Assembly: GCA_045863335.1 (NCBI GenBank)
Contig: BTVY01000027.1
Span: forward strand, 34,369-98,368
Length of the DNA: 64,000 bases
DNA from: Candidatus Hydrogenedentota bacterium
Lineage (GTDB): Bacteria; Hydrogenedentota; Hydrogenedentia; Hydrogenedentales; SLHB01
Direction: 5' to 3'
This document shows, piece after piece, positions 58,350 through 64,000 of the stretch (position 1 is its first letter; each line of letters begins with the position of its first letter). The notes beneath the pieces were generated by a model. It ran no database searches. It was not told where the DNA came from and saw only the letters and a list, made by a program, of their open reading frames with translations. The position numbers were made by a program, and so were the translations under genes.

Positions 58350-59042
58350 CTATTCCTTGTCCATGACCTTGATTCGCAGGTCTTTGAACTGCACCTTCAT
58401 GGGCGGGCCCGGGTGCATCTGCAACGCAATGAGTCCCTTCGCCCGCGAGTACTTCTCGTCCTTGTCCTCAACTTCACACATCAGCGTGCCGTTGATTCTC
58501 AGCGAAATGTGATTGCCCTCAGCCACCACTTCGTATTCATTCCAGTCGCCGATGTGGATGGCCTTCAGCAACTCCGCGGGATCCGCAAAGGCTTCCTCCG
58601 TGCGCGTACCATCTTCCGCGATGGTTGCTTTAAACCCCCGCATCACGACGCCCCCGCGATCGTGTTGGAATAGACAGCCGATCCACTGATTCTCTGCGTC
58701 CATGTCCGCCTGGTAGCCCCACGTATCAAACTCCGGCCGCGGCTCGCTGCGAAACTGGACCCCGGAGTTGCCGCCAACCAGTTTGAAATTGAACCGCAGG
58801 ACGAAATCGCCCGGCTGCCCGCCGCTCCAGTAGAGGTAGTGATGCTTGATGCATGGCTTCTCCGGTGTGCTCTCCGATGTGATCGCGCCGTCTTCAACCC
58901 ACCAGCCGCCCGGTTTGCCCTCCCAGCCGGAGAGATCCTCTCCATTGAACATGGAAACGAATCCGTTCTCCGGTTCCGCGGCGGCCATCGTCAGCGAAAA
59001 CAGCGCCAAGGCAATGAAACAAAGTGAACGATGGATAACCAC
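58350..59042 (-). CDS. DUF1080 (3-keto-disaccharide hydrolase family) protein
   Basis: FNGEDLSGW, GNSGVQFRS, GYQAD, WNEYEV, GLIALQMH. GTG start after GGAGG. Confidence 0.88.
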   Translation of the reverse strand: MVIHRSLCFIALALFSLTMAAAEPENGFVSMFNGEDLSGWEGKPGGWWVEDGAITSESTPEKPCIKHHYLYWSGGQPGDFVLRFNFKLVGGNSGVQFRSEPRPEFDTWGYQADMDAENQWIGCLFQHDRGGVVMRGFKATIAEDGTRTEEAFADPAELLKAIHIGDWNEYEVVAEGNHISLRINGTLMCEVEDKDEKYSRAKGLIALQMHPGPPMKVQFKDLRIKVMDKE

Positions 59043-59081
59043 AATAACCTCCCCCTGAAAGATACTATCCCGAATCGCTTC

Positions 59082-59152
59082 ATGTAGCGCAGGCGTCCTC
59101 GCCTGCAAACTTTTTGGCGAGCGGAATGCAGGCGAGGACGCCTGCGCGACAT
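59082..59152. repeat. second GTAG-type REP doublet
   Basis: GTAGCGCAGGCGTCCTCGCCTGCA and TGCAGGCGAGGACGCCTGCGCGAC. Confidence 0.8.
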
Positions 59153-59157
59153 ACTTT

Positions 59158-60210
59158 TTATACTTGATGATTGGATAGAATAATGCGCGCAACCCGAATC
59201 CGTTCATACGGTCCCGCTTCGCCACACTCGTAAAGACAAAGGAGTTCATTCGTCGCCGGCAGAAAAACCATATCGGAATACGCCGCCGGCCCTTCGTGAA
59301 CGGCACGGAAATCATCCCAGGTCTCCACGCCGTCCTCACTCACGCGGATCAGCAAGTTCGCCCGTCCCGGTCCCGCCGGATTCGCGAAGAATATGCGCTC
59401 GCCGACGCGCAACGCGCACGCCTGACAAACCGGATCTGGGAGTCCCGCATCCGGCGACGGTATTGACCACGTCTCCCCGCCATCCTCGCTCCACGCCACC
59501 GACCGCGTCTTCACGTCGCGCGCCCGCATGTTGAGATACACCCGGCCATCTGGCATCTCGACGGCCATGCATTCATTCGTGTCGGGTATTTCAGGACCAA
59601 CGAGACCGCCCGCTTTCCAGGTTTCGCCATGATCGTCACTGAAGATAGCCGCGGACCGGTAGTTGACCCGGATGCGCTCGTTCAACCAGATCGGCGCCAG
59701 CAGACGTCCGCCGGAAAGCTGTAATCCATGCCCCGGCCCCGTCCCAACGCGCGTCCACGGAAAGTCGAAGCCGTTCAGCGTTTCCGTAATCTCGCGGGGC
59801 TCGGACCACGTCACGCCGTCATCGTCGCTCGACGTATGAAAGGCCCGCGCGTTGTTGCGCGTAAACAGGAGATGAACACGCCCCGTATCCGTATCAACGA
59901 TCGGACAGGGATTGCCGATCGTGGTCTCCGCGTCACCACCTTCTTCGTGCACGACTCGCAGGTCGCTCCACGTCGAGCCGTTGTCGACGCTGCGTTTTAC
60001 CAGAAGATCGATATCGCCCGCATCGCTCGCGCTGCTCTTGCGGCCTTCACAGAAGGCAAGAAGTACGCCGTTTTTCGTCACAACCAGCGCCGGGATTCGA
60101 TACGTGTGATACCCGTCCTCGCCGGACACGAAAACGTCAACCGGCTCCTGCGCGAATGCTGAACCACAGATAACCGTTGCGACCGTGAGGATTACCAGAA
60201 CTCGTATCAA
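59158..60210 (-). CDS. sialidase family protein (GH33-like)
   Basis: YRIPAL motif, FCEGR, Asp boxes SxDxGxTW, AYSD. Signal peptide. Confidence 0.88.
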   Translation of the reverse strand: MIRVLVILTVATVICGSAFAQEPVDVFVSGEDGYHTYRIPALVVTKNGVLLAFCEGRKSSASDAGDIDLLVKRSVDNGSTWSDLRVVHEEGGDAETTIGNPCPIVDTDTGRVHLLFTRNNARAFHTSSDDDGVTWSEPREITETLNGFDFPWTRVGTGPGHGLQLSGGRLLAPIWLNERIRVNYRSAAIFSDDHGETWKAGGLVGPEIPDTNECMAVEMPDGRVYLNMRARDVKTRSVAWSEDGGETWSIPSPDAGLPDPVCQACALRVGERIFFANPAGPGRANLLIRVSEDGVETWDDFRAVHEGPAAYSDMVFLPATNELLCLYECGEAGPYERIRVARIILSNHQV

Positions 60211-60231
60211 GCTCGAACGCCTCCACCTTCA

Positions 60232-60364
60232 CCCAAACCGTCATCCCCGCGAAGGCGGGGACCCATCTTCACTTTTCGTCACGAGTGCAACGCCGCGCGG
60301 ACAAACCTAAAACCAAACCGCTCACCCCAAACCGTCACCCCCGAGAATGCGGGGACCCATCTTC
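60232..60364 (+). repeat. two direct copies of a CGTC-tagged palindromic repeat
   Basis: CCCAAACCGTCATCCCCGCGAAGGCGGGGACCCATCTTC (60232-60270) and a variant at 60326-60364. Confidence 0.85.
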
Positions 60365-60394
60365 GATCATCCATGCGCCGCGTACCCGCAGCGA

Positions 60395-61756
60395 TCACAC
60401 CGGCAACTCATATCCCGCGCGCCGTGCACGATCCAGCATGGCATTGCCTTCATCGCAATTCGTGAACCGCTCCGCCGCGGGATCCCACTGCAACGCCTCG
60501 CCGACCCGGCCCACGTCGCGCACGATGTTGACAAGGTAACACAAGGTCGTGCTGCGCTGCCCAATCTCGATGTCCGCCGTGCAGCGTTCGCGCGACTTGA
60601 TGCATTCGATCCAGTTTTCGATGTGCGGCTGCGTCTCAAGCACGTCCAGAGGCGCAGGCCTGTCCGGCGATTCCCCCATCTCCTTCGGCGACACCGCGAT
60701 CTGATCGCGGTTGATCTCGATGGTCCCGTTCTCACCAATGAAAATGCACCCCAGCCCAGGACCCCAATCGCCGTCGAGGTTCAGGTGCAACTCGGTCCCG
60801 CTCGCAAACTTCATGTTGACCTTCGCACGCGGCCCCGTCACACCCTTCGTCATCGGGTAGTACCACGCGCCGGTCTCGTCCTCGGACGGTGTCCGCTCCG
60901 CAAACTTCCCGGATGCCATATCACACACGGCTTCTTCCAGCGTCACTTCGGTAGGCCCGGTTGCGTCCGTGCCCAGTCCGCGATTGATCTGGTCGTAGCT
61001 GTGCGCCCCCCAACCCGTCACGCCGAAGGATCGCCCGCCGCCGTCATAGGCCCACCACGTGGCCCAGCCGCGATGGAGTTCCGTCCGGTACGGCCGCAGC
61101 TCCGCCTGGTTTGTCCAGATATCCCACCAGTCCTCGCTGCCGCCCGGAGGCATTGCTTCCGCGGGCTGCGGTTCCCAATGGATTGGCCCGACGAAATTCG
61201 GCGCTTGCACGATCTTCACCTTGCCGATCGCGCCGTTCTTCACCAGGTCGCTCGCCCAGTTGTTCAGCGGCATGGACCGCTGCTGCGTACCCACCTGCGT
61301 CACGCGCTCATACTTGCGCGCCACGTTCACCATGTGCCGGCCCTCGGCAATGGTCAGGCACATGGGCTTCTCGATGTACACGTCCATGCCCATCGCCATA
61401 GCCTGACACGTGATCCACGCGCGCGCGTGCGTGGTCGTCTCGACCATCACGCCGTCAAGCTGTTCCTTCTCAATCATCTCGCGGAAGTCGGTGTAACCGG
61501 TCCAGTTTTGTCCCTCGCCCCGGTCTTTCTGAAACTGATCGATGCGCGGCGCGAAGCAATCGCAGATGGATACGATCTGCAACCCCGGAATCTTCAACGC
61601 GGTTTCGGCGATATCGCGGCAACGTCCGCCCAGTCCGATGAGCCCGACGCGCACGCGTTCGTTCGGTCCCGGCTCCTGAAACCCCAACGCCGCCGGAGAC
61701 AGGATGAGCGGCGCCGTTGCAGCCGCGGTCTTGAGGAAACTTCTGCGAGTAATCAT
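60395..61756 (-). CDS. Tat-exported Gfo/Idh/MocA oxidoreductase
   Basis: TRRSFLK, VGLIGLGGR, DVYIEKP, QVGTQQRS, WGAHSYD. Confidence 0.9.
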   Translation of the reverse strand: MITRRSFLKTAAATAPLILSPAALGFQEPGPNERVRVGLIGLGGRCRDIAETALKIPGLQIVSICDCFAPRIDQFQKDRGEGQNWTGYTDFREMIEKEQLDGVMVETTTHARAWITCQAMAMGMDVYIEKPMCLTIAEGRHMVNVARKYERVTQVGTQQRSMPLNNWASDLVKNGAIGKVKIVQAPNFVGPIHWEPQPAEAMPPGGSEDWWDIWTNQAELRPYRTELHRGWATWWAYDGGGRSFGVTGWGAHSYDQINRGLGTDATGPTEVTLEEAVCDMASGKFAERTPSEDETGAWYYPMTKGVTGPRAKVNMKFASGTELHLNLDGDWGPGLGCIFIGENGTIEINRDQIAVSPKEMGESPDRPAPLDVLETQPHIENWIECIKSRERCTADIEIGQRSTTLCYLVNIVRDVGRVGEALQWDPAAERFTNCDEGNAMLDRARRAGYELPV

Positions 61757-61786
61757 GGTGGTGCTCCCAAGGTGGCGCCGCCGTGG

Positions 61787-63226
61787 TCAGAAGGACACGA
61801 GACAGTGCCAGATGTACGTATACGCAAACCCTTCAATATTCTCCCAAACGCGCTTCACGATCTCGGGATCCCCGAGAATTGCGGGAACTTCTTTTCGTTT
61901 CTCGTCCCACGATACGCAGATGCCGGGCGCGTGATTGGTGCTTGTAAACTCCGATGCCCAACGTTGCCGTTGCGCTTCATCGGGCGTCCCGTTCGGTTGT
62001 ACCGGCTTGCCCGTCTCTGGCTTCACGCCGGGATACACGCCATACTCGCGCACGAAGTCGGTCATGGCGCGCATGTTCTCGACGGTCGCATCATTCTGTA
62101 CGATGGCAGCCGCATCCATGATGTAGCCGCCGTCGGCTGCAACGCCGTCGATGATCTTCTTGCAGCAGTCGCGCACTTCCTGTTCCGTGCCGCGCGCCAA
62201 CAGGGTGTTGGGAACGCCTCCGCTGATAGAGAAGCGTTTTCCGAGCACCTCATGAACCTTGAAAATATCTCCGCGGTCCACGTGATAGATGATGCTGCGC
62301 TCCGGCAGTTCCAGGAAGGACTCCAAGTGGTAGTCCCAGTTGCCTTCCGCGTAGAACAGCACCTGATAGCCGTGGCCCCAGAGCGTCTCGATAACGGGCC
62401 TTAACGTGGGCCAGTAGAACTGGTCAAACTGTTGCGGCGTAACAAAAGGAACCCCGCCCCGGTGCATCCAGATCGCGATCGGCGCTTTCCGTTCCGGATC
62501 GGCGCTGGTCAAGGCGACGTGCATCAGGTGCGGCATGAGCGCGCGACACGCCGCCAATACTTTATCCGGCTGTTCGATGAGATCGTTGGTCAGTCCGTAG
62601 TACCCGCGCAGCTTGTCGCCGATGATGTCCAGCGGGGCCTTCAGAATTCCGCCGATGGCCGAAACGGTGCCGCTCTGTTGCCGCAGCAGTTCGCCCTGCC
62701 CGCCAAGCGCCATGAAGTAATGCAACATGGCCATGCCGCCTTTGAGGAACGAAAGATTGTTCCGGAAGGTGGACGGCTCGCCGATGGGCACCACATCTTT
62801 AGACACGCGCGGCAGCCACGTATTGAACAGGTAGTTCGTCGGGTCGGCAATGAGCGCGTCGTACTCGTCCGCCCGCATGAAGGACTGAGTCTCCGGCGGT
62901 TCCCGGTATTGAAACCCCGTGTCCGGCGACACGTCGACGCCCGGCGCGCCGTAATACTTCAAGCCAATCGCCTGGGTGAGCCCCGTCCACACATAGACCA
63001 TGTTGCCCACAACGGCATCCCAGTCGAAATCCGCCGCGCATTTCCGGGCGGCCTCCAGGGCGGGTTCGAACTCATGCGTGACCTGCTGGCAGTTGAACCC
63101 CGCATACTTGGCGGCGAACTCCGCGACGAAGGGTCGAATGGGGATCTTGTCCGGCTTCTCGTTGCGCATGGCGGTCGTATACCGCCACAACCGCTCCTGG
63201 TATAGCCGTTCCATGTCCGATGGCAT
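61787..63226 (-). CDS. uroporphyrinogen decarboxylase-fold (URO-D/MtaA-like) protein
   Basis: KPDKIPI, APLDIIGDKLRG, FDQFYWPTL, GTEQEVRDCCKKII, GGYIMD, ENMRAM. Confidence 0.8.
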   Translation of the reverse strand: MPSDMERLYQERLWRYTTAMRNEKPDKIPIRPFVAEFAAKYAGFNCQQVTHEFEPALEAARKCAADFDWDAVVGNMVYVWTGLTQAIGLKYYGAPGVDVSPDTGFQYREPPETQSFMRADEYDALIADPTNYLFNTWLPRVSKDVVPIGEPSTFRNNLSFLKGGMAMLHYFMALGGQGELLRQQSGTVSAIGGILKAPLDIIGDKLRGYYGLTNDLIEQPDKVLAACRALMPHLMHVALTSADPERKAPIAIWMHRGGVPFVTPQQFDQFYWPTLRPVIETLWGHGYQVLFYAEGNWDYHLESFLELPERSIIYHVDRGDIFKVHEVLGKRFSISGGVPNTLLARGTEQEVRDCCKKIIDGVAADGGYIMDAAAIVQNDATVENMRAMTDFVREYGVYPGVKPETGKPVQPNGTPDEAQRQRWASEFTSTNHAPGICVSWDEKRKEVPAILGDPEIVKRVWENIEGFAYTYIWHCLVSF

Positions 63227-63451
63227 CGCGCAGGCCCCCCTGGCAAGAGAAAACGCATGGCATCAACTCGCCACGCACTCCCCGAGTACTCGTTCCGGCA
63301 ATCCCCCTGGCGGCCGTCTCCCCACGGCACGCGCCGATTGCCACTACATTGACGATAGCAGGTGAACGGTGAATCGTCAATTCGGGCGCATGGCCGTGCT
63401 CCAAGCGCTCCGTCAACACCTCAGGCTTTATTCAGATGAACTAAGGCCCGG

Positions 63452-63986
63452 AAAGTCCCCCTTCGAAGGGGTGCGGTTCTTGCAGTACCGCTTGAAATGC
63501 ACTCTGCGTCATGGGGTTTTCCGACCCTTCTGTCGGTGTAGCGTAGATCGGACTTTCAGCCCTTTATCTTCAGGGGTCCCCGTTTTCATGGGGCGTTGCC
63601 CCATGCTGGTATAGAGCGCGCCGTTGGCGCAAACGTCATTTCGCTCATGTCAAAAACGAAACCTTCTTGAGGGCCAACGGCCCGTTCAATACCAGCCTGG
63701 GCCGCAGGCCCAGGAAAGGGAGTGTCTTTTGTCCATAGGGCTGAAAGCCCGACCCATGGTGCCTGCATAAATTGGTCAAGTCCTTGAACTATATTGCCAT
63801 TTTCGGAGTGCATGACCAGTATTGTCAGGGTACTGCACCCCTTCGAAGGGGGAATCGCTGCAACGCTTTGCGTTGCTGTGCAGGAAGCACGAGAACTCGA
63901 GATACGCCGAATACAGTCAGCCGGCCCGACTGCCGCGTCTCGGCAAATTCCCCCTTTGAAGGGGTGCAGTTCTGTGAGTACCGCTT
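63452..63986. repeat. nested palindromic repeat cluster
   Basis: CCCCCTTCGAAGGGGTGC copies at 63452-63493 (+), 63830-63853 (-) and 63945-63986 (+). Inner inverted pairs at 63548-63563/63737-63752 and 63587-63630/63671-63714. Confidence 0.8.
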
Positions 63987-64000
63987 CATGCGGCGTTTTC

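Noticed and set aside
63230-63420. Cobalamin riboswitch upstream of the URO-D-fold gene
   Set aside because: No B12-box or GCCACTG/ACTGT core is visible on the minus strand.
34563-63986. CRISPR array
   Set aside because: Repeats are inverted doublets or two-copy units with irregular spacing, and there are no cas genes.

Overview
GC-rich bacterial chromosome segment. The gene mix (flagellar genes, many exported glycan-active proteins, qNor, several palindromic repeat types) suggests a Hydrogenedentota/PVC-like organism, but that is only inference. In order: the end of a flagellar cluster (fliM, fliN/Y, fliA, two unknowns, fliK-like, flhB-like); a DUF4432 epimerase; an orphan with two degenerate HATPase domains; a PQQ sugar dehydrogenase; a GH99-like gene next to a transposase remnant; a FixL-type heme-PAS kinase with an NtrC-family sigma54 activator; pta-ackA-pdxH and a convergent DUF362/polyferredoxin operon, each preceded by a near-identical sigma54 promoter; a Cus-type metal efflux operon with a Cys-rich leader; modABC; an anaerobic sulfatase maturase; yajD; an NO-stress cluster (Rrf2, NnrS-like, qNor, Ric); several putative CAZymes; an apparently intact REPtron (RAYT with 4 REPs); dinB with a palindromic SOS-like box; and a URO-D-fold protein. 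Intergenic DNA holds many distinct REP-like doublets and short-period repeats, some with compensatory base changes. I found no rRNA, tRNA or CRISPR array. Best candidates for new biology: a gas-sensing sigma54 regulon over acetate metabolism, the multi-family structured repeats, the dinB operator, the metal leader peptide and the tandem pseudo-HATPase. All calls were made by eye, without database searches.
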